64,000 nt of DNA from Mustelus asterias (lineage: Eukaryota). The stretch is from the NCBI RefSeq assembly GCF_964213995.1, contig NC_135801.1:96038001-96102000 (forward strand). The letters are read 5' to 3'. Positions 37,844 through 50,497 of this stretch are shown here, piece by piece. Positions within the stretch are counted from its first letter, which is position 1; the number at the start of each line of letters is the position of its first letter. The notes under the pieces were generated by a model. That model made no database searches and was not told the DNA's origin. It was given only the letters and a program-made list of their open reading frames with translations. The position numbers were made by a program, and so were the translations under genes.

Positions 37844-39021
37844 GGGTGTGCTTTTCCAGGCCTGCTAGAGTAGCACAGCGGGCTGGGAAATACTGGCGGG
37901 AGTGCTGAAACAGAAATCGTGACCGGCATCCAGCCAATCGTGACTATCGCAGTCCATTTTTTATGGTGTAATCAGCTTCGTGCTGGGAAACAGCGCCAGG
38001 CTGATGCGTGACAATCAAGCACGAGGTACAAGGCTTCAGTAATTGAAGGCTTTTATTGACAAACAATGGAACTATTTAAACACGAGTACACCATTCCAGA
38101 CTGGAGGGGTCCCGCCTGAGCAGAGGGTCTTATACCTCTCCCAGGAGGCGGGGCCCGACTGGGATGTGCCATAACAGCAACCACCACAGGTATATTAATC
38201 CCACAGTGTAAACACCCTAGCCCAACAACAACATTATAACAACCCCACAGTGTCAACACCCTAACCCAACAGCAACATTAGAATAACCCCACAGTGGTAA
38301 CCAACGATGGTTCACCACACAGGCTTACAATATTATGGTCAGTATTTGAATCTCATCGAGCCCATGTCAGTATTGTCCGAGCTTGCTCATGTTTTCGACC
38401 TCGGCAGGGGAGGCTCCCATCAATGGGGATTAAAGCTGGTCCCTAGCAATGAGGACCAGAGGTGATGGCCTCACTGGTGGGGGCAGAGGCCACTGAAGCC
38501 CCCCCCTCTACCCCAGGGGGCAGGGCACCCTGGCACTGCCCACCAGGCTGTGTGAAGGAGGTGGGGCCAGACCAGGGCGCACCGAGTGGGGGTGGGGGGA
38601 AACCACTGTGGACTCTGCACAGTGATTGACGGGGGAGGGAGGGGGCGATCGTGGATGGCAATTGGGTGGGTCAGGGTTGGCGATCCGAGAGGGGGGAGGA
38701 TCAAGACCAGTGATTGGGTGGGGGCGCGTGTTGCGGCCACTGATTAGGGGGGGGGGGGGGGGGCTGGGGAAGCCATCGGGAGGCCAAGGATGGAGGGCCA
38801 GTGCACGCGAGATCAGTGCATGCACAGTGGCCCGCTCAGCATGCTGATGCCAACCTCTTGGACAGGAATGCCCCCCCTGCCCAACCCACCACTGGCATGA
38901 ATCCTCTGGCAGACTCCGAAGCAGAGCGCTGGATATTCATCCAGCTAAGTTTGCCCAAAAGATAGGCAGGAAAATCTCCTGTTTGTTGGGCACTTAGTTC
39001 TTTTGGGAAAAATTGCACCCC
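37844..39021. mobile_element. GC-rich non-autonomous element with imperfect terminal inverted repeats (MITE-like), hosting a solo LTR
   Basis: Ends gggtgtgcttttcc / gggaaaaattgcacccc. Shares internal motifs (ctggcactgccca; gcatgc.cagtggcccgctc) with 58718-59836. Confidence 0.6.
38002..38319 (-). mobile_element. Solo LTR, 318 bp, related to 32857-33108
   Basis: Reverse strand starts tgtggtgaacc and ends gcatca; 5-bp TSD CAGGC; TATAA and AATAAA on the - strand. Confidence 0.85.
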
Positions 39022-40925
39022 CACATCTACCAGCTAGAGTTGGCAAGCCTAAGTTTAGAAAACATACCAGAATATAAAAGCAGATATTTTTAAAATAGTC
39101 ACCTTGAGAGGAAGGACATGTAGAATAAATGAAATGGACAAAAAAAATTCCACTACAAATTTTACTGTGCACAGAATCAAATCAAAAGGACTTGCCCATT
39201 CTCATAAACGATTGAACAGTTTTTCTTGAGTTTTTTTTCTATATCCTTTCATATGATGTGAGAATCATTGGCAAGATCAGCATTTGTTGCCCATCCCTAA
39301 TTGTCTTTGAACTAAATGGCCTGTTAGGCCATTTCAGAGAGCAATTACGAGCCAACCACATTGCTGTAGGCCAGACCAGGTAAAGATGGCAGATTTCATA
39401 TTCTTAAAAATATTGCCTCGTTTGATGTTCGTGCAGTGTCTGGTGATGATTGAGGTCTGCAGCCACAAGCCTCTCCCACAGTCCAGTGTTAAAGTGCTGA
39501 CACAATACCAATGGAGAGAATAACTGATGCTTGGTTTAAAGAGAGTGATTTAAAGGGAAGTCACCCCAGAATCCAACCAAGGCCTGGACTGAGAGCATGC
39601 TTCGTGACTCTACCATCATTAACCTTGTGTGGAGACCAACCAAAGGCAAAAGCCTGTAGCATACAGCTGTGGACATTGTCATTCCAGGTCCTGCATCCCT
39701 CTTGACAGAGACTGTATGTGAATCATTGGTCCATTAATGCAGACCCCACTTACTCCCCTAAAGGGGCAGATTTAAGGCACCATTCAAAAATCCAGAGATT
39801 TGAGAGTCCTTTTGCAACATTCTAAAGTGTGGTTCAATTTTACTTTGAAAATTTGCCACTCGTGACAAGTTTGCAAGATGTGACATGTCTGAAAATGACC
39901 AGTGAATCAGTTAAAGTGCTGGTTATTATTGAAGCAGAAAATATGAAGGACATCTGCTATAGATTTTACACGCTGTTTATACTCTGCATAATTTCTCTAC
40001 CCCCCTTCATACCAGCCTAATTTGAAGTCTCTGCATTTCATTAGTTTTGAATTGTTTTCTACTGTGTGTAATCAGTGTTTACATTTGCTGCTTTCTCCCA
40101 CCATCTACCCCTTTTTAATGAATCTTAAATGACATCACTTCTATAAGTAGCCCAAGTGGTAGAAATTGTACTGTGGAGTAAGAGACACTTTGTCAGCCAT
40201 AATTGAATGGCGGAGCAGACTCGATAGGCCGAATGGCCTAATTCTGCTCCTATATCTTATGGTCTTGTGTACAATATTGAAGGGGCCTCTTTGGTGTGTG
40301 TCCCAAGCATACTTCTCCAATCTCTCAATAAACTTGTCTCGGGGAAAGATAGCATGATCAATTCAAATATAAGCTGACCCAACTATATTCAAATAAGGCA
40401 TTTGTAAACAAGTATTAAATTATTGCATCACAATTTAATTTCCACAATTTATGAAGCATATGTTTAAATTACATCTTGTTTTATGTGTATGACTAATGGA
40501 ACTAAACTAGTTATGTAGTAATTAGCAGAAAACAAAACTAAAAAGACTGCTGCAAACTGTTGCTCCAGAGCACATGCAGCATTCAGCTGCTACAATTATT
40601 GCAATCTCATTATCACAAAGTTGATGAGCCCATGTTCCATTTGCTGCAAAACAAACGCAACTCTACATCATTGCCTGTACTTTGATTGTAAAATGCCTGA
40701 GGCATCCAACAATTGGGAAAGGTGGGTATATAAATGCAAGCCTTTTCTTTCTTTCCAAATCTTCAGTTGCTGAATTGGAGGCAGAATTATTAATGTAAAC
40801 CAAGAATCAAAAACCAGGCTCTGAGATCATGCGTCTCATTTCTACGGCAATAGGCTAGAATTGAATCTCCTCATGTTCATTTAAATGTCGTTGAATTAAA
40901 GTTTAAAAATAAGCATGCATCCTGC

Positions 40926-41107
40926 TTATATGAGAGAACTGTGGGTGTCTTGCTCTTCATTCTCTTGCTGAGCAGATTCCACACTGTTGCAGCCACAGTG
41001 TCTCATGAGAAATGACTGTTGAATTGATTTCACCGATGATAAGTATATAACGGCGAGGATGAGAATGAAAAATGCAGCTGCAGCAACAATTACGATACCA
41101 GTGATTC
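40926..41107 (-). CDS. LRR transmembrane protein exon 7: TM helix and cytoplasmic tail (GITGIVIVAAAAFFILILAVIYLSSVK...EQDTHSSLI*)
   Basis: ttttgtcag acceptor, phase 1, about 22 hydrophobic residues, TAA stop. Confidence 0.87.
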
Positions 41108-41217
41108 CTGACAAAATGCAAAAATAACATCACAAACTGAAGTGAAAAAAGCTGCTGTGAAAATAAAGTAAAAATCCACAAGTTCATCACAATAAAACAG
41201 TAACAGTTGAATGTTAC

Positions 41218-41389
41218 CTTTTCCCAGATAGGAACGCACAATACCAGTTTTATTTGCCTGAGATGCTTTTGGTAAAAATGCAAAATGAGACTCTTTCGAG
41301 CAGTTAAAAAGAGAAACTGAAAGTTGGCTCATCCAGAATCCTCTGAGGCTGTTGGGACTGTTACACAACATATCCAGCTGTACCTGCAA
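41218..41389 (-). CDS. LRR transmembrane protein exon 6, LRRCT second half and stalk (LQVQLDMLCNSPNSLRGFWMSQLSVSLFNC...YLGK)
   Basis: CxSPxxLRG LRRCT motif. cacag acceptor, with an alternative in-frame cag giving a start at 41383. G|gtaaca donor. Confidence 0.87.
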
Positions 41390-41724
41390 CTGTGAAGAAC
41401 AAGATCCCAATATTATAGCCTGAATGGAATCTGGAATATACATGGTGTACATTTGTTAGCATACATTTCATAACACCTTACCAAGGGAATAGTTGTAGAT
41501 TATGTAGTATTAGGGTGATCAGGGTTCATTGGGTGGGAGTGGATAAACAGTACCACCACATGATGCTGTATGAGACACATGACCAAAGATTGAGGGGGAG
41601 ATTCCTCATGGCCTAGACTGAGTAATACCTAGTCACGCAGGCTGGAATGTTGGCTGGAATGTTTGTACTTTCGCGGGAGGAGTGTGCAATTGACAAGGGG
41701 GAGGAATCGAACATTATACATTTT

Positions 41725-43000
41725 CTCTTATTCTTTCACAGGATGTGGGTGTCGCTAGCAACACCAACATCTGTTGCTTATCCCTAATTACCCTTGAGAA
41801 GGTGATGGTGAGCCACCTTCTTGACCCACTGCAGTCCACAGTGCTATTAGGGAGTGAGATCTATGATTTTGATCCAGTGGTTTTGTCCTGGATGGTGTTG
41901 AACTTCTTGTGTGCTGAGGCTGCACTCATCCAGGTAAGTGGGTATTCCATCACACCCCTGACGTGTGTCTTGTAGATGGTGGACAGGCTTTGGGGAGTCA
42001 GGAGGTAAGTTATGCCACAAGATTCCTAGCCTCTGACCTGCTCTGGTAGCCACAATATTTATGTGGCTAGTCCAGTTCAATTTTTGGTCAAGGGTTGCTG
42101 CCAGAATGTTGATAGTGGAGGATTCAACAATGGTAATGCCATTGAGTGTGAATGGGTGATGGTTAGATTCTCTCACAGAATCCCTACAGTACAGACGGAG
42201 GCCATTTGGCCCATCGAGTCTGTCTGACCACAATCCCACACAGGCCCTATTCCCATAACCCCACACATTTACTCTGCAAATCCCCCTGACACTAGGGTCA
42301 ATTTAGCATAGCCAATCAACCTAACTCACACACCTTTGGACTGTGGGAGGAAACCGGAGCATCTGGAGGAAGCACACAGAGACATGGGGAGAATATGCAA
42401 ACTCCACACTGACAGTGACCTGAGGCTTGAATTGAACCTGGGTCCCTGGTGCTGTGAGGCAGCAGTACTAACCACTGTACCACGCTCTTGTTAGTGATGG
42501 TCGTTGCCTGGCACTTGTATGGCATAAATGTTACTTGCCAATTATTAGCCCAAGCCTGAATGTTGTCCAGGTTTTCCTGCACATTGACAAAGATTGCTTC
42601 CTGAGGAGTTGTGAATGATGCTGAACATTGTGTATTCATCAGCGAACATCCCCACTTCTGACATGATGGCAGGAAAGTCATTGATGAAGCAGCTGGAGAT
42701 AGTTGGATTGAGAACACCACCCTGAGGAATTCCTGTAGTGATGTCCTGGATCAGAGATGATTGGCCTCCCAACAACTACAGCCCATCTCCCTTTGTGCCA
42801 TACATGACTCCAACCAGTGGAGTTCTCCCCCCTGATTCTCTTTGACTTCACTTTTGCCAGAGTTCCTTGGTGTCACACTGGAGGAAATGGTGCCTTGGTA
42901 TCCAGGGCAGTCACTCTCCGCTCTTGAGTTCAGCTCTTTTGTCCATGTTTGAACCAAGGCTGTAATGAGGTCAGGAACCAACCGGCTGTGGTGGACCTTT
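41725..43000 (-). mobile_element. Degraded LINE (L2/CR1 superclade) RT and 3' end, with an HE1 SINE inserted at ~42175-42485
   Basis: GIPQGGVL..FINDFP..MFADE and DQKLNWTSHINIVATRAGQRLGIL. Confidence 0.78.
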
Positions 43001-43120
43001 TTAATATGCAAAACCTTCAAGACAGCCCTTAGTGTTTTATTTTTGAAAAAGTCGACTTCAATTTCAATAGTCCCTTATAAATGAAATGTAAATGTTCTGC
43101 TATTAATTTGAGACTTGTAC

Positions 43121-43338
43121 CTTCACAGTGTCCAACCATTTCTTCATTGAGCACATGCTGGCATCACAGTGAAATGGGTTTTGGGCCAGTTTGATGCTCA
43201 CAGCGCCACCTACTGACTGAACAATGGGATTGAGTGTTTCTTTGGAAAGGGTGACAAGCTCATTCCTGGACAAGTCCAGCAGCCTCAGATTCTTCTGAGA
43301 GTTGAAAGCTGATTTGCTTATAAACGCAATTCCTGACC
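43121..43338 (-). CDS. LRR transmembrane protein exon 5 (GSGIAFISKSAFNSQKNLRLLDLSRNEL...KLAQNPFHCDASMCSMKKWLDTVK)
   Basis: tttttgcag acceptor, AAG|gtacaa donor, phase 1 to 0. One LRR plus the LRRCT start NPFHCD. Confidence 0.9.
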
Positions 43339-44111
43339 CTGCAAAAACAATTCACAGTTTTGAAGTGAATAAACATAAAATAATCAAAATTTAGATGAAG
43401 GAATTCTATAAAGATGATTAAGCACAGACGTAAAGGAAATAGAACAGAGAGAGCCAATTGTTCCATAAAGGTCCAAGTGTTAAACTGTGACAGTGACATT
43501 TGACGCAGGTTTACTTTATATTATAGTTAACTATGAATATTGTCATATCTTGTTTGCAAAAAGACAATCAAATGAATGGAGTAATATAATATAATTAAGT
43601 AAACAATTTGCATATACAGTTGGTTAATATATTAGCAAACACTGTAGGAGTGATTTTGTAACCAGGGTGATCAGTCACTTAATATAAAGGCTCATCAGAC
43701 AGAGAAACAAAAGGTGACATCTTCTATATAATTCTCATTGTAGTGATTGCTGTGTGGAACTCTATATAAGGGTCTAGTTTTGTGCCCTTACATTTTACTG
43801 TACGGTCTAATGCCTACTTAATCTGGTGTCAGATGAGTTGTCTGAACTTCTTCACCTGTTTATTTAACAAAAGAAAAAGCAAACTGATTGTGCTAAAAGA
43901 AAATTGAGCAAAACAAATGACAGCTCAGTCAGAATCTGTCTGTGCCATAGATTCTCATTTGCATTTCACAACAACAACTTCAATTTAAATAGCACCTTTA
44001 ATGTGGTGAAGCATCCCGTGGAGTGTTACCAGGTACAATTTGACACCAAATCTGTTCACGAAAGTAACCCCAAAGTAAATGTTAGTTGAAATGAACCAAA
44101 AAATACATTCC

Positions 44112-44262
44112 CTCATGATGCTCCTTCATCAGGTGAGTCGGGTCTACACCGGAGCAGCTCTCCGAAAGCTTGTGATACCAAATAAACCTGTTGGACTTTA
44201 ACCTGGTGTTGTGAGACTTCTTATTATGCCCACCCCAGTCCAATGCTGGCATCTCCACATCA
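44112..44262. mobile_element. Short Penelope-like terminal remnant
   Basis: Shares accaaataaacctgttggactttaacctggtgttg...ccccagtcca..gctggcatctccacatc with the 52466 and 56575 elements. Confidence 0.72.
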
Positions 44263-45875
44263 AAATTAGTCAGAACTGTAAACCATTGCAAATAAAAGAA
44301 ATAAACAATAACAAATGCTGGAAATACACATTCAGTTAGTCAGTAGTTCAGGATCTGTTTGTTGAGAGTTCTGTCTGAGCAGAACTTTTCAAAATTGAAA
44401 ACCAGAAGATGACCAAATGTTTTAGCAGAATGGGAAAAAGGTAGAGAAGCCGAAATTGGCATTGAATATTGCCTCAGAGAGGATGTTATTGGAATTAATT
44501 ACTTGAAGCCGACTTAAAAGAAAGCAGGAAATTATTAAGATTAATTGTTTGGTAGTATAAAGAATGAGTAGTGTTGAAAAAAGACATTCTGTCAAAGGCT
44601 TTTTGTCTTTCACTCAGGACAATCACAAAAACACCAACATCAGGGGTATTATACTCTATAAAAAAGGGGGATGATTGGTTGGCCAGTGGTCTCTGATCGA
44701 TAGTGTTGTTCCCATGGTGAATGCACCAGCTGACGGAGGCTGCTGAGGTTTGGGTGACATAAGATATTTGGAGAAATTTTCTACTTCATTATTCCCAGTT
44801 GTGCAATTGTGCACCCAACCCATGGATTTCTAATGTTAATCCCTGCTGTTTCTGATGGGTTGAGAATAGTTGAATTAGTGTAGAAGTCAGAGTGGGAATT
44901 GTTGGAGAAATCAAAGGAAAGGGAAATCCACTAGAGAGTTAATGAGGTGGCCGACTTGCTGTCATCCGCTTCTCACCAGGTGGTAATAGTTAAAATCCCA
45001 TCCTACGTGCAAATTGCTGTCTAAAGGCACAGTACTGAGGCAAGAGGTAAATGGATATGTTATTCCTGTTGCAGCTGTATTGACAAGTCTAAGGGGAAGA
45101 GTTGCTCGAAGTAGAGATGGTGGAAGACTGAAGAGTGGTAATGGAGAGGAAGCAGTCTCCCTGAGCATAGAAGGGTGAGGGGAGATGTAGTAGTGGGATC
45201 ATGTTATAGATGGCACATCAGACTTTTGATTGGACCTACTTTATATTAAGTTGATCTTTCTCTACACCCTAGCTGTGACTGTAACACTACATTCTGTACT
45301 CTCTCCTTTCCTTCTCCTCTATGGTCTCTATGAACGGTATGCTTTGTATAGCGCCAAGAAACAATACTTTTCACTGTATCCCAACACGTGACAATAATAA
45401 ATCAAATCAAAAATCAAACATGATGATCCGATTAATACAAGGATCGGTGGAGTAGGAAGTGTGAACAAGGGTTGGAGATGGTTAAGCACAGAGGTAAAGG
45501 AAATAGAACAGACACAGCCAATTGTTGCATTGACTTTCAAGGGGAAACATCAGCTCTGGAAGGATGATTCTGTCAAAATGATTTCCTTATAGTTTTCTGT
45601 TCTTAAATCTAATAAAAACCTGAATCTGATTTTTCACATAATATGTTGGCTGTGTATTTCCAACATGTGTTTTTATTTCTATTTTTTCTATATATTTGAC
45701 AATCTATAAACAGATTATGTGATAAAATATTTCTCTTCCCTTTTGGAAAAAAATGCAATCATGTAATTTCAATGAATTGCAAGTAAATTAGGAGCACTAA
45801 AACAACTCCTGAATAATCTAAGGAGAAATAAACTCTTAACATTCAATAGAGAGACTGGTTAGTGTACACTTTTAC

Positions 45876-46029
45876 CTGACAATCGTAGCGTCTGTAGCTT
45901 GGTCAATTTATAAAAGTACTGCGATAATATTCTGCTGATCTTATTATTGGATAAGTCCAGGTCCTGAAGCAACTGCATTTGATTAATGACTGGTACAAAT
46001 GTGAGGTTGAGGCCTCTGAGAATCAGCAC
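45876..46029 (-). CDS. LRR transmembrane protein exon 4 (VLILRGLNLTFVPVINQMQLLQDLDLSNNKISRILSQYFYKLTKLQTLRLS)
   Basis: tttccttcag acceptor, G|gtaaaa donor, phase 0 to 1, LQDLDLSNNKI repeat. Confidence 0.9.
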
Positions 46030-46204
46030 CTGAAGGAAATAATTTAACTTTAGTCAGTCTCTTTTCATGCTCTTTATAAATGGAGACATTAACATCCACA
46101 CTATTCGGCCCCAGCTTATCAAAGGAAATTCCAGAGTATTAATCTCGCTGCTTTCCTGCATAAGTTTTCTATGTGTCAGGACTGCAACTGTGTTTGCTTT
46201 TTTT

Positions 46205-46503
46205 ACAAAGTTTTTATTTATTAGTGTCACAAGTAGGCTTACATTAACACTGCTATGAAGCCACTGTGAAAATCCCCTAAACGTCACACTCCAGCATCTA
46301 TTCAGGTACACTGAGGAGGAATTTAGCATGGCCAATGCACCTTACCAGCACGTCTTTCAGACTGTGGGAGGAAACCAGAGCACCCGGAGGAAACTCACGC
46401 AGATGGGGAGAATGCGCAGATTTCGCACAGATAATGACCAAGCCGGAAATCGAACCCAGGTCCCTGGCACTGTGAGGCAGCAGTGTTAACCACTGTGCCA
46501 CCC
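46205..46503 (-). mobile_element. V-SINE variant
   Basis: Head, core and tail. Confidence 0.82.
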
Positions 46504-48204
46504 TTGGCTGCTGATGAATAAAAATGACCTGACTTTAGCACATCCGATTTGTCAGATATTTACAGCACTTTCTCATTTGTTGTGCTGATCATGAATGTAA
46601 ACTTCCAGAGACCTTGGAGACTTTTATCAGAGTCCAAGTAGGATGTTTGCAGTCAATCTGACCTGCATAACAGAAATGCTTCATCTGGACCTGCACTGCC
46701 AATTTTTAGAGTGTGAGCCAAATTAATTGCAAAGGAGTAACACAGTGGGTTTACTTGGTGTGGTGAAGCGGACCAGCACCTCCACTGGAAAGAATGCCAC
46801 CATCACAAGTGACACCTTCACTTCTGACACCTGGATACCATGCCACTGCCACATCTCCCCACCCACCCACCCCACCAAATTCCTGCCTTTGGACCCTACA
46901 GAAACAATTGCTGTTTATGCCTGAACCTCTTTCTGTTCTGATAGATCGGGCTAATGACCTACTTCTATTGTTAAAAGTTCTTTGGCTTCCTCATTAACAC
47001 ATGAACTGGCTCAGACCCAATATTGAGTCAGACTCGGTCCAAGTCAGGAAAGTGAAACATTTTGGCAGAAAATACTTTGCAGTATTGAGCTCCTTTGCTG
47101 AGAGAAAAAGGTTAAATAGCTCTGGCAGGCAGTGGGATAACAATCAGGTGGACTCAACAGGTCAAGCAGGTTTTGGGAGAGGGAGAAGGTTTCTTGTTCC
47201 TCATTAACTCAACATTGACAACACTTGAAGATTGCCAAGAGTTTTCTCATCAGTATAACACTTGACTTCCGGATACCTTCCTCTTTGTTCCCCCTCGGCT
47301 CAGAACCCTCTTTGATTATGTCTCTCAAGAGTTCTTCCTGCACACATGACTCTTTCTTTTTCAGACCCAGTGCAAAATGGCTGTCATGCTAATTTCAAGA
47401 TGAGCCATTACTCCATCAGGGAAGGAAGTTAATCATATTGAAGTCCTTTGAAGTCCTTTCCTGTCTCCTCTTCTCACAGAAGCTAAAGAGTCTTCACACC
47501 TTTAGAAGATTCAATGGACAGGCCTGGAGGAGTCTTGCATTTTAACAATTCTGGAGATAACAGAATCTGGCGAGGTCTGAACAAATATAGAAAGCGCCAA
47601 TATATCTGTCCATACTTTACTTTTGAAAGGGGCTTTTAAACTCAATTTAAAGATTTAAGATAAAAATACACCTTTAAAACAGTTGTCCTTAAAATCTACA
47701 ATACAACTACACTTTTGTGCCAGTACCAATTCTCAGCAAAGATATATTATAATAAAAGCAGAAGTTATTGAAAATACTCGGCACTTCCAGTGGCATCAAT
47801 GGAGAGAGAAACAGAGTTAACGGCTGCGCTGGACCTCGGTCCGGCAGAAGTGGGAAGTCGGGAGGATTTCTGCTGGTGAGCAGAGTGGGTGAACATGTTG
47901 AATTGTGCATCACGCACCTAATTAATTATGCTGCTGGGAGGATTATGTCGCTTTGCATGGCAGGGCGAGTAGGAAGTCACACACCCCACCAACATGTCCA
48001 GGCACCATATTTAAAAGACAGACAGCAAGTAATTCATCACACCAGGAGTCCAGGACACCAAGATGGCCCCCAGAAAGCAGCAGGCACTGGCCTCATGGTT
48101 CACTGATGGCTCCCTGGAGACTCTCCTCCAGGCTGTGGAGGACAAGAGGGACATTCTCTTTCCCAGAGATGGGAGCAGGAGGCCCACCTGAGGCTTATTC
48201 TTAC

Positions 48205-48308
48205 CTTAATCTTTCTCAGCGGGATTAGTGCTTGATATTGAAAGTCTTGAAACTGTGCTTGGGGCCCCAAGTATAGCTCCCTGAGCTCCTGCAAATTCTC
48301 AAAAGCAC
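48205..48308 (-). CDS. LRR transmembrane protein exon 3 (GAFENLQELRELYLGPQAQFQDFQYQALIPLRKIK)
   Basis: tttttgattag acceptor, AAG|gtaaga donor, phase 1 to 0. Bridges exons 2 and 4 in both frame and LRR register. Confidence 0.87.
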
Positions 48309-48439
48309 CTAATCAAAAACAAACCTTATATCAATGTGACACATTTTGAATTACATCAGGATAGATAATCTAACAGAACAAATTATCCACCCACCATAAA
48401 AACAATATGATTCTGATTCCCAGCTAGTACTGATGAAAA

Positions 48440-48600
48440 TTTACCATGGCCAGTCCACCTAACCTGCACATCTTTGGATTGTGGGAGGAAACCGGAGCAC
48501 CGGGAGGAAACCCACGCAGACACGGGGAGAACGTACAAACCCCACACAGATAGTGACCCTAGGCCAGAATTGAACCCGGGGCCCCTGGTGCTGAGGCAGC
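48440..48600 (-). mobile_element. V-SINE fragment
   Basis: V-core sequence. Confidence 0.75.
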
Positions 48601-48789
48601 AACCAAAATAGTTTGGAAATTGAAGTAATTCATGCATCGCTATTATTTCACACTTCCAGGATCTGTGGTATTTTGCTTGCAGTTTCACTATCCCCCACCC
48701 ATTCCCTATGACCCTGCACATGATTCCCTGTCAAATATCTATCCAATTTCCCCTTGAAAGTAAGCATTAATGACTTAATTAAACACTTT

Positions 48790-50497
48790 ATGCAGCAAAT
48801 TAGAGGAGTAAATTGGAAGGAGGTATTCTTGGGGAAATCTACTGAAGAGAGGTGGCAGTTTTTCAAGGAATGTCTGTCTAGGGTTCTACAGGACAATGTT
48901 CCGAGCAGACAGGGAAGAGTTGGTAGGTTAAAGGAACCGTGGTGCACGAAAGCTGTGCGGGACCTAGTCGAGAAGAAAAGGAAAGCGTACAAAAGGTTCA
49001 GAGAGCTTGGTGAAGATAGGAATCTAGATGAGTATACGGCTTGAAAGAAGGGACTAAAGCAGGAAATTAGGAGAGCCAGAAGGGGTCACGAGAAGGCCTT
49101 GGCAAGTAGAATTAAGGAAAACCCTAAGGCAGAGGTGCTTAATGAGTATTTTGCCTCGGTTTTCACAGAGGAGAAGGACCTGGGTGGATGTACTGTGGGC
49201 TTGCGGTGGACTGAAAAGATTGAGTATGTGGACTTTAACAAAGAGGTTGTGCTGGAATCTTTGAATGGCATCAAGATAGATAAGTCGCCGGGTCCGGATG
49301 GGATGTACGAAGGGAAAGCGGTAGATGTGGTTTATATGGATTTTAGCAAGGCGTTCGATAAGGTCCCCCTTGCAAGGCTTCTAGAAAAAGTGAGAGGGCA
49401 TGGGATCCAAGGGGCTGTTGCCCTGTGGATCCAGAACTGGCTTGCCCAAAGCAGGCAGAGAGTGTGTATAGATGGGTCTTTTTCTAAATGGAGGTCGGTC
49501 ACCAGTGGTGTGCCCTAGGGATCTGTTCTGGGACCCTTGCTGTTTGTCATTTTCATAAATGACCTGGATGAGGAAGTGGAGGGATGGGTTGGTAAGTTTG
49601 CCGACGACACGAAGGTTGGTGGGGTTGTGGATAGTCTGGAGGGATGTCAGAAGTTACAGAGGGACATAGATAGGATGCAAGACTGGGCGGAGAAGTGGCA
49701 GATGGACTTCAACCCAGATAAATGCGTAGTGGTCCATTTTGGCAGATCAAATGGGATGAAGGAGTACAATATAAAGGGAAAGACTCTTAGTACTGTGGAG
49801 AATCAGAAGGACCTTGGTGTCCGGGTCCGTAGGACTCTAAAATCGGCCCCGCAGGTGGAGGAGGTGGTTAAGAAGGCGTATGGTGTGCTGGCCTTTATCA
49901 ATCGAGGGATTGAGTTTAGGAGTCCAGGGATAATGATGCAGCTATATAAGACCCTCGTCAGACCCCACTTGGAGTACTGTGCTCAGTTCTGGTCGCCTCA
50001 TTACAGGAAGGATGTGGAAAAGATTGAAAGGGTGCAGAGGCGATTTACAAGGATGTTGCCTGGATTGAGTGGCATGCCTTATGAGGATAGGCTGAGGGAG
50101 CTCGGTCTTTTCTCCTTGGAGAGACGTAGGATGAGAGGAGACCTAATAGAGGTATATAAGATGTTGAGAGGCATAGATCGGGTGGACTCTCAGAGACTTT
50201 TTCCCAGGGTGGAAATGGCTGCTACGAGAGGACACAGGTTTAAGGTGTTGGGGTGTAGGTACAGGGGAAATGTTAGGGGGAAGTTTTTCACACAGAGGGT
50301 GGTGGGTGAGTGGAATCGGCTGCCGTCAGTGGTGGTGGAGGCAAACTCAATAGGGTCTTTTAAGAGACTCCTGGATGAGTACATAGGACTTAATAGGATG
50401 GAGGGTTATAGGTAGGCCTAAAAGGTAGGGATATGTTCGGCACAACTTGTGGGGCCGAAGGGCCTGTTTTGTGCTGTAGTTTTCTATGTTTCTATGT
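48790..50497 (+). mobile_element. CR1 LINE, 5'-truncated with internal deletions
   Basis: 292-aa RT C-terminal ORF (GKFADDTK, LVRPHLEYC), in-frame stop in PQG (ccctag), tttctatg tail. Confidence 0.9.
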
